Part shown: in pieces, positions 63,871 to 64,000 of the stretch
Layout of the letters: every line of letters starts with the position of its first letter
Numbering within the stretch: the stretch's first letter is position 1
NCBI GenBank assembly: GCA_028023455.1
Contig: JAQFVV010000008.1
Location: 15,686,001 to 15,750,000 of the forward strand
Direction: 5' to 3'
DNA from: Epiperipatus broadwayi
Lineage: Eukaryota; Animalia; Onychophora
Length of the DNA stretch: 64,000 nt
The notes under the pieces: model-generated
Databases searched by the model: none
Told to the model about the DNA's origin: nothing
What the model saw: only the letters and a program-made list of their open reading frames with translations
Program-made: the position numbers and the translations under genes

Positions 63871-64000
63871 AGCCGTAATATTTCTGTGCAATGCCATCAA
63901 GCAGCCTGCAATGGCTAAGATAAACAGAACTGTTTTCTTAACCATAAGTCAGGCCGCGTAAATGGCATTTGCAGCTGTTCTTGGCTAGAGAGAACGCTAT

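Noticed and set aside
1-64000. CRISPR arrays, rRNA, prokaryotic operons or viral genes
   Set aside because: None seen; all repeats are explained as LTRs, TIRs, PLE-type inversions or local duplications, and the spliced gene and TE content indicate eukaryotic DNA.

Overview
Very AT-rich, CpG-poor eukaryotic (metazoan, probably arthropod; inference only) genomic DNA, mostly transposable elements of different ages. One host gene is recognisable on the minus strand: three frame-compatible exons (47292-47495, 33706-33854, 23447-23786) of a PARP14-like macro-WWE protein with 10-13 kb introns, plus possible degenerate ART/PARP catalytic segments downstream. LTR elements: two complete but decayed Ty3/Gypsy (Mag-like) elements (1343-6493 minus; 48172-53826 plus, 5-bp TSD), three further Gypsy remnants, and a younger non-autonomous element with ~2.1-kb LTRs and a perfect tRNA-Lys PBS (34252-40049). 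Other elements: a well-preserved 5'-truncated RTE LINE with TSD, older LINE remnants, a hAT remnant, two TA-flanked MITEs, a 478-bp foldback, and a ~110-bp tRNA-Gly-derived SINE with TSD. The most striking signal is a set of minimal type I hammerhead-ribozyme motifs. One non-coding ~450-bp repeat family (10.2, 16.1, 59.6 kb) carries a hammerhead with compensatory stem changes between copies. Several Penelope-like GIY-YIG 3' ends, and a short non-coding palindrome at 47.8 kb, sit in head-to-head inversions carrying other, degenerate hammerhead-like motifs. All calls were made by eye; no database search or folding was run, and boundaries of old remnants are approximate.
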